Part shown: positions 19,546-29,116 of the stretch, piece by piece
Layout of the letters: each line of letters starts with the position of its first letter
Position numbering within the stretch: the stretch's first letter is position 1
Origin: Candidatus Multivoradales bacterium
Lineage (GTDB): Bacteria > Acidobacteriota > Thermoanaerobaculia > Multivoradales > J023
Length of the DNA stretch: 64,000 nt
Direction of reading: 5' to 3'
Assembly (NCBI GenBank): GCA_965248925.1
Contig: CBDFLE010000006.1
Location: forward strand, 3,040,001-3,104,000
The notes under the pieces: model-generated
What the model was told of the DNA's origin: nothing
The model's input: the letters and a program-made list of their open reading frames with translations, nothing else
Database searches by the model: none
Made by a program: the position numbers and the translations under genes

Positions 19546-22500
19546 ATGTCTGAAGCCAGCGTCTGGGAGACGCATGCCCGCGCTTTACGTCTCAGTGTGC
19601 CTTTTGTCCAGCTCGAGCGGGCGCTGCGTTCACGCAGCGACGCTGGTGCCAGCGTTGCCGTCTCGCGCTTGCCGGTAGCGGCGGCGGCCTGGGTTACCGA
19701 GCTACTCGCCGAACGCCTCGGGCGCCCGGTCTTGGTGCTGGTGCCCCACGATAGCCAAGCCTATTCTTGGCTTGAGGCGGCGCGGCTCTTTGGTCGCGGT
19801 CGAGTGACCTATTTCCCGGCGCCGTCGTTGAGCCCCTATCAAGAGGCGGAGATCTCATTGCTGGTGCGAGCCGAGGAGTCGGTGGCTCTGGCGCAGTTGG
19901 CCGCAGGCTCGGTACGCACCGTGGTGGCGACGCCGCGAGCGTTGTTCCGTCGATTGCCACCCCTGCGCCAGTTGCGACCCGCGGCGGTGGAGATCGAGGC
20001 GGGTGAGGAGATTCTGCTCGACGAGTTGATCGCTCACCTGCTGCGTTTCGGTTACCGGCGGACCGACTTGGTGATGGAGGTTGGTGAGCTGGCGTTACGG
20101 GGTGGGGTGTTGGATGTTTTTCCGCCGGGTGAGGTCGGGCCAGTACGGTTGGACCTCTTTGGCGACACGGTCGACGTCCTGCTGCGCTTCGATGTCGACT
20201 CTCAGCGTTCGGGCGACACCTTGGAGCGGGTTCGGCTGCTGCCCTTATCGCTGTTTGGCCGTGGTGAGCAGGATGCGCTGAGTCTGGCCGATCGCTTGGC
20301 CGAGCAAGTGGGGGTGGAGCATGGCGCGGACGCGGCGCACAAGCTCGGTGCGCTGCGCAGCCAGGGAGGGTTCGACGGTTGGGAGCATTACCTGCCGGCG
20401 CTGGCGCCGGAGACGGTTGGCCTGGCGCAGTTGATTGGCAACCCGCTGGTGGTGGCTTTCGATCCGCAGGGATTGGCGACCGAGGCCAACCACCATGCCG
20501 AGATCCTCAGTCGTGATTACACTGCGCGACTCGAGGAGGAGCGCCTAGTGTTGCCCCCCGAGGCGTTGGAGCTGCCCGCGGATGAGGTGGCACGGGCTCT
20601 GGACGGCGCGGCGGTTGAAATCGCTGACCTCTTCGACCGCCAGCGCGGCACGACAATCGACTTTGCTGGCAGCCAGACGGAGGAGATGCGCGACCAGCTG
20701 CAGCGCTTCGCGCGTGAGGTCGAGACCTTGCACGCCGGTTCCCAGCGGGTGGTGCTGGTCACCGCGGCGAGCCAGCGGGTGGCGTTGGGGGAGCTGCTCG
20801 AAGGTGCCGAGGTAACGCTGGGCAGTGCCGGTGTCGAGCTGGTCTCGGGAGATTTGCAACGCGGCTTCCGTTTGCCGGCGGCGAAGTTGGCGCTGTTTGG
20901 CGAACGGCAGCTATTTCGCCACCGTCAAGTGGTGCGACCAGCACGGCCCAAGCGGCGCTACGGCCCATTCATCTCCTCCCTGCGTGATCTCAAGGTGGGC
21001 GACTACGTGGTCCACGCGGATCACGGCATCGGTCAGTTCACGGGTTTGCGCACCATGGGTGAGGAGGGGCGGCGCTCCGACCTGCCTCCCGAATTGGCTG
21101 CCGCCGTGACCAGCGGCACGGTAGCCACCGAGGTGATGGAGCTGGCCTACGCCAACGGCAAGCGGCTAATGATGCCCCTGTCGCGCCTCGATCAGGTGCA
21201 GAAGTACAGTGGCATCGAGAGCATCGTGCCGCGGCTCGACAAACTCGGCGGCACTTCCTGGGCCAAGACCAAGAAGCGGATTCATCGCGGGGTTCGCGAT
21301 ATGGCTAAGGAGCTGCTTAAGCTCTATGCCGAGCGGCAGATGGCGAAGGCGCCGCCGATGACCGAGGACAGCGATCTGACACGCCAGTTCGGTGCCGCCT
21401 TCGAACACGTCGAGACCCCCGATCAGTTGGATGCTATCAAGGCGATCAAGAAAGACCTGCAATCGAGCCGGCCGATGGACCGCCTGCTGTGTGGTGATGT
21501 TGGTTTTGGCAAGACGGAGGTCGCCATGCGCGCCGCATTCCAGGTGGTGGCCAGCAACTACCAGGTGGCGGTATTGGCGCCGACCACAATTCTCGCCGAT
21601 CAGCACTTGCAGACCTTCCGCCGTCGTTTTGCCGACTTTCCGGTGCGGGTCGAAATGGTGTCGCGTTTCCGCAGCAAGGCGCGGGTCAAGGAGATCTCCG
21701 ATCGCCTGGCCCAAGGTGAAGTCGACATCTTGATCGGCACCCACCGGCTACTCAGCAAGGATCTCGACTTCGCCCGTCTGGGGATGCTGATCATCGACGA
21801 GGAGCAGCGCTTCGGGGTGGCGCAAAAGGAGCGCTTGAAGAAGCTGCGCAAAGATGTCCATGTGTTGGCGATGAGCGCGACGCCGGTGCCGCGAACTTTG
21901 CAGTTGTCGTTGGCGGGAGTCCGTGACCTGTCGTTGATCGAGACTCCGCCCCGCAACCGGATGGCGGTAGAGACCGCCATTCTGCCTTTCGACCCGGTGT
22001 TGATTCGCGAGGCGGTGGAGCTCGAGATCGAGCGCGGAGGCCAGGTCTATTACGTCTATAACCGGGTCGAGACCATCGAGCAGATGGCCGAATTCCTGAA
22101 ACAGACGGTGCCAGGATTGAAGGTTACGGTCGGTCACGGGCAACTCAACGAGGGGGAGTTGGCGCGGCGCATGCATGCATTCGTCGACGGCGAATACCAC
22201 CTGTTGCTCGCCACCACCATTATCGAGAACGGCATCGACATTCCTAACGTGAACACCATGATCGTCCATCGCGCCGACCGTTTCGGCCTGTCGCAGCTCT
22301 ACCAGCTGCGCGGCCGGGTGGGGCGTAGTGACCAGCTGGCCTACTGCTATCTGCTAGTTCCTGGGGATACCATCTTGACCGAAGTGGCGCGCAAGCGGCT
22401 CGACGCGATCCGCGAATTCACCGAACTCGGCGCCGGCTTTCGGGTGGCGGGACGAGATCTCGAGATCCGCGGTGCTGGGAACCTGCTCGGCGCCGAGCAG

Positions 22501-23016
22501 AGTGGTCACATCGCGGCGGTCGGTATCGAAACCTATCTCAAGATGCTCGAAGACACGGTGCGCGAACTTAAGGGCGATGGCCCACCTGAAGCGGTTTCGG
22601 TGGCTCTCGACTTGCCCTTGGCGATGTCGATTCCCGAGAGCTACATCGGCGATGCCAATCTCCGCATGGAGATCTATCGCCGCATCGCCACCGGCGAGGA
22701 CGGGGAGGATGAACTCCTCACCGAGCTGCGCGATCGTTTCGGCGCACCGCCGGAGGAGGTGCGAACCCTGCTGGTGGCAGCGGCGGTCAAGCAACTCGCC
22801 GAGGATCTTCGCTTGCAGGCGATTTCCGCCCGTCGGGGTCGTCTGACCCTGAGCTTGCGCCAAGATAGTCGGGTCGATATCGGCCGCCTGATCGAGTTGG
22901 TCTCAGAGCGCGAGGGGGCCAGCTTCAGTCCGTCCGGGGTGCTGACTTTCGAGAGGGTTGCGGCAGTCGACCTGTTGCCGACGGCGCGATGGGTGCTGGA
23001 TCAGCTGGCCACTTGA
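19546..23016 (+). CDS. mfd: Transcription-repair coupling factor
   Basis: UvrB-homology N-terminus, GDYVVHADHGIG, MDRLLCGDVGFGKTEVA, DEEQRFGV, QLRGRVGRS and TRCF domain. Confidence 0.98.
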   Translation: MSEASVWETHARALRLSVPFVQLERALRSRSDAGASVAVSRLPVAAAAWVTELLAERLGRPVLVLVPHDSQAYSWLEAARLFGRGRVTYFPAPSLSPYQEAEISLLVRAEESVALAQLAAGSVRTVVATPRALFRRLPPLRQLRPAAVEIEAGEEILLDELIAHLLRFGYRRTDLVMEVGELALRGGVLDVFPPGEVGPVRLDLFGDTVDVLLRFDVDSQRSGDTLERVRLLPLSLFGRGEQDALSLADRLAEQVGVEHGADAAHKLGALRSQGGFDGWEHYLPALAPETVGLAQLIGNPLVVAFDPQGLATEANHHAEILSRDYTARLEEERLVLPPEALELPADEVARALDGAAVEIADLFDRQRGTTIDFAGSQTEEMRDQLQRFAREVETLHAGSQRVVLVTAASQRVALGELLEGAEVTLGSAGVELVSGDLQRGFRLPAAKLALFGERQLFRHRQVVRPARPKRRYGPFISSLRDLKVGDYVVHADHGIGQFTGLRTMGEEGRRSDLPPELAAAVTSGTVATEVMELAYANGKRLMMPLSRLDQVQKYSGIESIVPRLDKLGGTSWAKTKKRIHRGVRDMAKELLKLYAERQMAKAPPMTEDSDLTRQFGAAFEHVETPDQLDAIKAIKKDLQSSRPMDRLLCGDVGFGKTEVAMRAAFQVVASNYQVAVLAPTTILADQHLQTFRRRFADFPVRVEMVSRFRSKARVKEISDRLAQGEVDILIGTHRLLSKDLDFARLGMLIIDEEQRFGVAQKERLKKLRKDVHVLAMSATPVPRTLQLSLAGVRDLSLIETPPRNRMAVETAILPFDPVLIREAVELEIERGGQVYYVYNRVETIEQMAEFLKQTVPGLKVTVGHGQLNEGELARRMHAFVDGEYHLLLATTIIENGIDIPNVNTMIVHRADRFGLSQLYQLRGRVGRSDQLAYCYLLVPGDTILTEVARKRLDAIREFTELGAGFRVAGRDLEIRGAGNLLGAEQSGHIAAVGIETYLKMLEDTVRELKGDGPPEAVSVALDLPLAMSIPESYIGDANLRMEIYRRIATGEDGEDELLTELRDRFGAPPEEVRTLLVAAAVKQLAEDLRLQAISARRGRLTLSLRQDSRVDIGRLIELVSEREGASFSPSGVLTFERVAAVDLLPTARWVLDQLAT

Positions 23017-23026
23017 AGGAGGGTGG

Positions 23027-23896
23027 ATGTCAGAGAGAACACACTGGGCGACAGCCGCAGCAGACAGTCGCCTACTGTTGGTGCCCGGCTTATGGTTGCT
23101 GGCGGGGCTACTTTCCGGCTGTTCCGCGGAAGCCCCTCTGGCCAGTGACGTGGTGGGCTCGCTGGGAGGTGAGCCGCTGCTCTATGGGGCCTTCGAGGCC
23201 ACCGTGGAGGACGATCCGGATTTCATCGGTCTGGTGCTCGAAAGCGGAGTATTAAGCCGTTTGTTCGATCAATTTCTCGACGAGCAGCTATTGCGCCGGT
23301 TGGCCAGCGAGAGCGGTCTGGGCGAGTTTGGTGATCCGCGGCAGCTGGTCGAAGCCTTGCTAGCCCAGACGCCCGGTGCACTGCCGGACGATGCCGCCGT
23401 GGCCGCTTACTATGCGGCGCGCGTGAAAGACTTCCAGCGCCCGCCGCGGGTACGCCTGAGTCAGATCTTGGTCAGCGAACGAGACCTGGCCCAGCAGGCG
23501 GCGCAGGCGCTGGCCGCCGGCGAGGATTTCGTCGCCGTGGCGGCTCGGCTGAGCGAGGCGCCCAACGCCCAACAAGGCGGCGACCAAGGTTGGTTGGCGG
23601 CTGAAGATCTGCCACCGGCTTTCGTCGAGACTATCTTCCGCCTCGAACCCGGTGGCGTGACCGGCATTGTCGAGGCCGAATACGGCTTTCACATCTTTCG
23701 CATTGTCGACCGCCAGCCGGCGCGCACGGTGCGGCTCGAAGAAGCCGCGGGACGAATCCGCGAGCAGCTGATGCGGGTCGATGTCGACCAACGTGTGCGG
23801 ATGCTCGTCAGCCAAGCCCGTGAGCGCTACAATGTAGAGATCTACGCACAGAACATCCCCTTTGAATATGTAGGTGAATATGCGACCCCGAATTAG
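23027..23896 (+). CDS. PpiC-type peptidyl-prolyl isomerase lipoprotein
   Basis: Lipobox LLSGC, VRLSQILV, GGDQGW and EYGFHIF rotamase motifs. Confidence 0.85.
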   Translation: MSERTHWATAAADSRLLLVPGLWLLAGLLSGCSAEAPLASDVVGSLGGEPLLYGAFEATVEDDPDFIGLVLESGVLSRLFDQFLDEQLLRRLASESGLGEFGDPRQLVEALLAQTPGALPDDAAVAAYYAARVKDFQRPPRVRLSQILVSERDLAQQAAQALAAGEDFVAVAARLSEAPNAQQGGDQGWLAAEDLPPAFVETIFRLEPGGVTGIVEAEYGFHIFRIVDRQPARTVRLEEAAGRIREQLMRVDVDQRVRMLVSQARERYNVEIYAQNIPFEYVGEYATPN

Positions 23897-25007
23897 CCTG
23901 TTCCTAGTTGCCCTGCTAGCCGCCAGTAGCGCGCCGGCCCTTTTTGCCGCTGGCGACACCCTTAATCGGGTGGTGCTGCGGGTCAATGATGAGATCCTCA
24001 CCCAACGCGATTTTGAGCGCCGCAAGTCGGTAGAGCTCAGCCGGGTCCTGGCAGATCCCGCCATGGATCCGTCGACCCGCCAGGAACGCCTTGCCATGGT
24101 GCCGCGGCAGATCGCCAAATTGAGCTTCGACGAGATGTTGATTCGCTCCCGAGGTCAGCAGTTGGGGCTGACCGTCAGCGAGGCGCAGGTCGACGAAGTG
24201 GTGCGCGATTTGCGCGAGGAGCAAGGCATTAAGACCGAGGCTCAGCTGGTCCAGGCCTTGGCCGCCAGCGGCATGACCCTGGAGGAGTTTCGCAATCGCT
24301 GGCGTCGCGATCTGATGGCCAATCAGATCATCGGCCGCGAGGTCTGGGGTCAGATCGAGGTGGGTGAGGAAGAGCTGCGAGCCTATTACCGCAACCACTT
24401 GAGTGAATTCCAATTGGCCGAGGAACGTTGGCTCAAAGAGGTGATCGTGCTTGAATCGAGCGGCCTTGGCGACGACCAATTGCGCCATCTGGCGGCGACG
24501 GTGCGCGGCGAGCTGGCTGCGGCCGACGATTTTGCCGCGGTGATCCAGAGCTACCGCGATCAGGGTCAGACCACGGGCATTATCGACCTCGATTGGCTAC
24601 GCAAGACCGATCTCGATGGCACCTTGGCCGATGTGGCCTTCGGTCTCGAAGAGGAAGAAGTCTCGCAGCCGATCAAGGCTCGCGGTGGCTACCACATCTG
24701 TTTTGTCGAGGAGGTCCGCCAGGCCAGCGTGCGACCGTTCGACGAAGTCCAAGGCCAGATCCTGCAACGGGAGCGCAACAAACGCTTCCAAAAGGAGTTC
24801 CGGGCCTACATGGCGAAACTCGAGAAGACCGCCTATGTGCAGGAGAATCTGCCCGCTGATGCGGTGGGTTTCCGCAGCCTGGGTGATAGCTACGAAGAAG
24901 ATACAGAGTTCGATTTCTTCGCCCCGGCAAGCTCGCCAGAGGAGCCTCAGCCTGCAGACGACACCACGTCTGATGCCAGTGCCGGGGCCAGCGCAGGCCC
25001 GCGCTGA
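23880..25007 (+). CDS. SurA-like chaperone/PPIase
   Basis: Signal peptide, NRVVLRVNDEILT SurA N-domain, VSQPIKARGGYHI. Confidence 0.85.
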   Translation: MRPRISLFLVALLAASSAPALFAAGDTLNRVVLRVNDEILTQRDFERRKSVELSRVLADPAMDPSTRQERLAMVPRQIAKLSFDEMLIRSRGQQLGLTVSEAQVDEVVRDLREEQGIKTEAQLVQALAASGMTLEEFRNRWRRDLMANQIIGREVWGQIEVGEEELRAYYRNHLSEFQLAEERWLKEVIVLESSGLGDDQLRHLAATVRGELAAADDFAAVIQSYRDQGQTTGIIDLDWLRKTDLDGTLADVAFGLEEEEVSQPIKARGGYHICFVEEVRQASVRPFDEVQGQILQRERNKRFQKEFRAYMAKLEKTAYVQENLPADAVGFRSLGDSYEEDTEFDFFAPASSPEEPQPADDTTSDASAGASAGPR

Positions 25008-25085
25008 GCCTTCCAACAAGTGCCCAGCCGGCGCCCGCGAGAGCCTTCGTTGGCCCGGCTGGCCACCCTCCAAGTAGGCCCCCTG

Positions 25086-25132
25086 CCGCTACATCTTGTG
25101 GTATAGTTCTTCCGTCCAACTATATAAAGGGT
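25086..25132. promoter_or_regulatory. Tandem NrdR-box-like sites flanking and overlapping an extended -10 (TG-G-TATAGT)
   Basis: CCGCTACATCTTGTGG (25086-25101) and CAACTATATAAAGGGT (25117-25132), 31-bp period, resemble the consensus acaCwAtATaTwGtg. Confidence 0.55.
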
Positions 25133-25230
25133 TTCTGAGGCTCCCCTTCTCCGCCGCCTCTTGCCCCTGCTTCGCTCTGGCGCCGGCGGTGGTCGGCGCG
25201 GGTCCCGCGGTGGTCTCGATCGGGAGGCTG

Positions 25231-25301
25231 GTGGAAACCGTTGGACATTTGATGGAGTGAAGTGGAAGAAAGTGGACAAAAGTGGCTCGCGCTGCTAGTG
25301 T
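25231..25301 (+). promoter_or_regulatory. MraZ-binding direct repeats and the dcw promoter
   Basis: (G/T/A)TGG at 25231, 25241, 25252, 25262, 25272 and 25282 (about 10-bp period); overlaps TGGACA-17-TAGTGT, which has a TG extension. Confidence 0.8.
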
Positions 25302-25364
25302 TAGCCCTATACCCATGCGTAATTGGAGTTCTTCGCAGCGGGTTCTCTCGGTGAGTCAAGTGCC

Positions 25365-25805
25365 ATGTTTCGCGGTAGCGCTGCAGCAAAGATCGATGTC
25401 AAAGGGCGGATCAAGGTTCCGACCGACTTCCGCCGTGTGCTTGAACAGGAGCACGGGCGTGAGGTGTTTATCACCTCGGTACGCGGTGATTCGGCACTGC
25501 TGTACCCGATGCTGGTGTGGGAAGAGATCGAGCGGCGGCTGAGCAAGGTGCCGTCGGCGGATCGTACCAAGCAGCGTTTTCTCGAACGGGTGAACTACTA
25601 CGGGCACGCCGCGAGGCTCGACGCTCAGGGGCGGGTGGTGATTCCGCCTCTGTTGCGCGAGAAGGCGGAAATGATGGGTGAAGCGGTGGTCAGCGGCAGG
25701 CTGGATCACTTGGAGATTTGGAACCGTGAGCGCTTCGATCGCAAGCTTGAGGACGAGCCTTTCACGGATGACGACTTCGCGGCCCTGGCGGAGTACCAGA
25801 TCTAA
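25365..25805 (+). CDS. mraZ: Division/cell wall cluster transcriptional repressor
   Basis: MFRG, IDVKGRIKVP, LDAQGRVVIP and HLEIW. Confidence 0.95.
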   Translation: MFRGSAAAKIDVKGRIKVPTDFRRVLEQEHGREVFITSVRGDSALLYPMLVWEEIERRLSKVPSADRTKQRFLERVNYYGHAARLDAQGRVVIPPLLREKAEMMGEAVVSGRLDHLEIWNRERFDRKLEDEPFTDDDFAALAEYQI

Positions 25806-25825
25806 AGTGCGGAGTTGAGGGTCCA

Positions 25826-26785
25826 ATGGCCGAGACAACGCCAATGGCAGCCTCGTCGAGACACGTTCCGGTTCTGTTGCAAGAGTCTGTCCGTTGGTTA
25901 GCGCCGCAGCGGGGTGGGCTGTTGGTGGATTGCACTCTAGGTCTTGGCGGTCACGCCGCGGCGCTGCTCGAAGCCGCGCCGGAGGTCCGAGTACTGGGTA
26001 TTGATCGCGATCCCTGGGCCTTACGCCTGGCGGCGGGGCGTTTGGCCCGTTTTGGCGATCGGGTGAGTTTGGTCGAGGGACGGTTTGGACAGTTGCAGGA
26101 GATTCTGCGGCAGCGTGGGATCGAGCAGGTAGCTGGAGTTTTTGCCGACTTCGGCGTTTCGTCGATGCAGCTGGAGACCGCCGAACGCGGCTTCTCCTTT
26201 CGCCTCGAAGGTCCGTTGGATATGCGCATGGGGTCCGGAGAGCGGACCGCGGAAGAAATTGTTAACACTTACTCGGAGGAAGCCTTGAGCACCATTCTGC
26301 GGCAGTACGGCGAAGAGCGTCAGGCCAGGCGTGTAGCCCGAGCCATCGTCAGGCGGCGCGAGCAAGAGCCCGACCGACCGATCACCAGCACCGCCGAACT
26401 GGGCGACCTGATCGCCCGCAGCAAGTCGTCCAAGCCCGGGCGCGGGCGCCGATTGCATCCGGCGACGCAAGCTTTTCAGGCGCTGCGAATCGAGGTCAAC
26501 AGGGAGCTGGAGCAGCTGGAGCAGCTGTTGGATCAGGCAACCTCGATGCTCGCCAGCGATGGCCGTTTGGTGTTGATTTCTTACCACAGCCTCGAAGATC
26601 GCTTAGTCAAGCATACTTTGCGCGATCTGGCGACTGGCGAGATCGAGCCGATCACCGGCCGCACGATCGCTGAGACCCAGGTGATCGAGGTGCTAACCAA
26701 AAAACCGGTTCGTCCCAGCGAGGCAGAGGTGGCGGCCAACCCGCGGGCGCGTTCGGCGCGACTGCGCGCGGCGCGTCGTCTTTAG
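25826..26785 (+). CDS. rsmH: 16S rRNA m4C1402 methyltransferase
   Basis: HVPVLLQE, DCTLGLGGH, GVSSMQL, LDMRM, FQALRIEVN and SYHSLEDR. Confidence 0.97.
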   Translation: MAETTPMAASSRHVPVLLQESVRWLAPQRGGLLVDCTLGLGGHAAALLEAAPEVRVLGIDRDPWALRLAAGRLARFGDRVSLVEGRFGQLQEILRQRGIEQVAGVFADFGVSSMQLETAERGFSFRLEGPLDMRMGSGERTAEEIVNTYSEEALSTILRQYGEERQARRVARAIVRRREQEPDRPITSTAELGDLIARSKSSKPGRGRRLHPATQAFQALRIEVNRELEQLEQLLDQATSMLASDGRLVLISYHSLEDRLVKHTLRDLATGEIEPITGRTIAETQVIEVLTKKPVRPSEAEVAANPRARSARLRAARRL

Positions 26786-26804
26786 TCGAGGAGGCTGCTA
26801 CACC

Positions 26805-27170
26805 GTGATCCACCACTACGCTGCCCGCCGACCGGTGGAGAACGCCTATCTCGTGCGGCAACGAGATCAGCGTCGCTTGCAGGAGCTGCTCAGCGTGCTG
26901 CTCACCGTGGTGGCGCTCGGTGCCGGGTTGTGGACGTACACCTGGATGCACACCGAGATTCTCCGCACCGGCTATCGGGTGGACAATCTCGATCGCCAGC
27001 TCCACGGCTTGCTCGAGCAAGAGCGTCGCCTTCGTTTGGAAGCTGCCTCGCGAGCCCACCCGGCAAGGGTGGAGGCGCGTGCCAGCGCCGAGCTTGGCAT
27101 GCGCGCGCCGCAGTTGGCGGAGACATTGTTCTTCGACGAATTGGTCGCCGGGTGGGAGGTGGCGCGGTGA
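26805..27170 (+). CDS. ftsL: Cell division protein FtsL
   Basis: TM segment plus leucine zipper, ASAELGM; lies between rsmH and ftsI. Confidence 0.85.
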   Translation: MIHHYAARRPVENAYLVRQRDQRRLQELLSVLLTVVALGAGLWTYTWMHTEILRTGYRVDNLDRQLHGLLEQERRLRLEAASRAHPARVEARASAELGMRAPQLAETLFFDELVAGWEVAR

Positions 27171-29116
27171 ACGCTCGGCTGTGGTTGGTGCTGGGGCTCG
27201 CCGCGACCTGGATCCTGGCGACCGGGGTGCGGCTCTATCAGTTGCAGGTCTTGCAGCACGACGACTACGTGCAGCAAGCGCGGCAGCAGCACCAGCGGGT
27301 GGTCTCTCTCGATCCGCCCCGCGGCACCATTTACGACGCCCGCGGTCGTGAGTTGTCGGTGTCGGTGGAGGTCGACTCGGTGTTTGCCGATCCGAGCCAG
27401 ATCGAAGATCCCAGCGCCACCGCTGCTTCCCTGGCCCCAGTTCTGGGGCTTGACACCGGCGAGATGGAGCAAATGCTGAGCGCCCAAGGCCAATTCGTGT
27501 GGGTGCGGCGAAAGCTCGATCCGCCCCTGGCCAAGACGGTTCGCCAGCTCGCTTTGACGGGCATCTCGTTTGTTAGCGAGAGCAAGCGGTACTACCCGCT
27601 GCGCAATTTGGCGGCGCCGGTGCTGGGATTCGTCGGCACCGACAATCGTGGACTCGGTGGGCTGGAATCGCGCTATGACCAGGCGGTGGCCAGCGAGCCC
27701 GGGAGGCGGCGGGTAGTGCGCGACGCCCGGCTGGGCACGGTGCTGCATCCGGATTGGGAAGAGGCGGCGCCCAAGCCAGGGCGCGATTTGCACCTGACTC
27801 TCGATGGCGCTTTGCAGCACATGGTCGAGCGTGAACTAAAGGCGGCGGTGGAAAAATTCTCCGCCAAGCGCGGCACCGTGGTGATGCTCAACGTGCGCGA
27901 CGGCTCGGTGTTGGCGATGGCCAGTTGGCCCTCCTTCGATCCCAACAACTACCGCCAATCCCCGGCCCAGAGCTGGCGTAACCCGGCGGTGGCCGATAGC
28001 TACGAGCCAGGCTCGACCTTCAAGATGATCACCTTGGCGGCGGCGCTCGAAACCGGCAAGGTTGACACTCTCGATGTCTTCGATTGTGAGATGGGTGGCC
28101 TGCGTCTGTCGGGCCACTTCATCCGTGACCACCACCCCTACGGTTTGCTGACGGTGCGCGAGATCATTGCCAAGTCGAGCAACGTGGGGACGATGAAGCT
28201 TGCCTTCACCACCGGCCGAGAGAATCTATTTGCGGCGATTCGCACCTTCGGCTTCGGCCAGCTCACCGGCATCGATCTGCCAGGGGAGAACGCCGGCATC
28301 GTGCGGCCCGAGGAGAAGGTTTCTCGCCTATCGCTGGCCAACATCGCTTTTGGTCAGGGGATCGCGGTCACCCCGCTGCAACTCGCCAACGCTTTCGCGG
28401 TGATCGCCAATGGTGGTTGGCTGCACCGGCCCTACGTGGTGGCGGCGGTGGGCGACACCCCGCGCCGGCCCACGTCGCCAAAGCGGGTGGCGTTGTCGGC
28501 GAGCACTTTGCGCCAGGTGCGCAGTGTGCTCGAGAGCGTGGTTCTGGAAGGTTCCGGCAAACGGGCCGCCATCGAGGGATTCCGAGTCGCCGGCAAGACC
28601 GGCACGGCGCAGAAGGCGGTTCCTGGGCGAGGTTACGCGCCGCGCCGTTTCGTTGCCAGCTTTGCCGGCTTCGCGCCGGTCGACGATCCGCTGATCGCCG
28701 GCGTGGTGTTACTCGACGAGCCTTGGCCGAGCTACTACGGTGGTCAGGTGGCAGCGCCGACCTGGAGTGCCATCGTTCGCCAGATGTTGCTCTACCTGGG
28801 CGTCCAGCCACTGCGGGAGAAGCCCGATCGCTGGCCCGGACAGCCGCGCTCGGTGCGAAGGTTCGCGGCCACCGTCGCCGCCGCGCCGACGGTGGCCGGC
28901 TCGGTGCCAGACTTTGCCGGCCTGACCGCTCGCCAGGCGGTGCGGCAGTCGAGTGCCGCCGGTCTACAACTGGCGCTCAACGGCCATGGATTCGTCTCCC
29001 GTCAATCGCCAGCTCCGGGCACTTCGCTGGATGCTGCGGCTGGGGTAGTGGAGCTTTGGTTGTTGGCGGAAGCGCGCTCGGCCGCCGTGGCTCGATCCGC
29101 ACCGGGGGCCCCCTGA
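27167..29116 (+). CDS. ftsI: Class B penicillin-binding protein (PBP3) with C-terminal PASTA domain
   Basis: RGTIYD, EPGSTFK (SxxK), SSN, KTGTAQ and VPDFAG; GTG at 27167. Confidence 0.95.
   Translation: MNARLWLVLGLAATWILATGVRLYQLQVLQHDDYVQQARQQHQRVVSLDPPRGTIYDARGRELSVSVEVDSVFADPSQIEDPSATAASLAPVLGLDTGEMEQMLSAQGQFVWVRRKLDPPLAKTVRQLALTGISFVSESKRYYPLRNLAAPVLGFVGTDNRGLGGLESRYDQAVASEPGRRRVVRDARLGTVLHPDWEEAAPKPGRDLHLTLDGALQHMVERELKAAVEKFSAKRGTVVMLNVRDGSVLAMASWPSFDPNNYRQSPAQSWRNPAVADSYEPGSTFKMITLAAALETGKVDTLDVFDCEMGGLRLSGHFIRDHHPYGLLTVREIIAKSSNVGTMKLAFTTGRENLFAAIRTFGFGQLTGIDLPGENAGIVRPEEKVSRLSLANIAFGQGIAVTPLQLANAFAVIANGGWLHRPYVVAAVGDTPRRPTSPKRVALSASTLRQVRSVLESVVLEGSGKRAAIEGFRVAGKTGTAQKAVPGRGYAPRRFVASFAGFAPVDDPLIAGVVLLDEPWPSYYGGQVAAPTWSAIVRQMLLYLGVQPLREKPDRWPGQPRSVRRFAATVAAAPTVAGSVPDFAGLTARQAVRQSSAAGLQLALNGHGFVSRQSPAPGTSLDAAAGVVELWLLAEARSAAVARSAPGAP

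Noticed and set aside
28417-29115. Long N-terminal extensions in the ORF track (murE here; also murG, ftsI, MFS, APH and ctaB)
   Set aside because: They overlap upstream genes or lack family similarity; conserved domains begin at downstream starts that are coupled to the previous stop codon or have an RBS.
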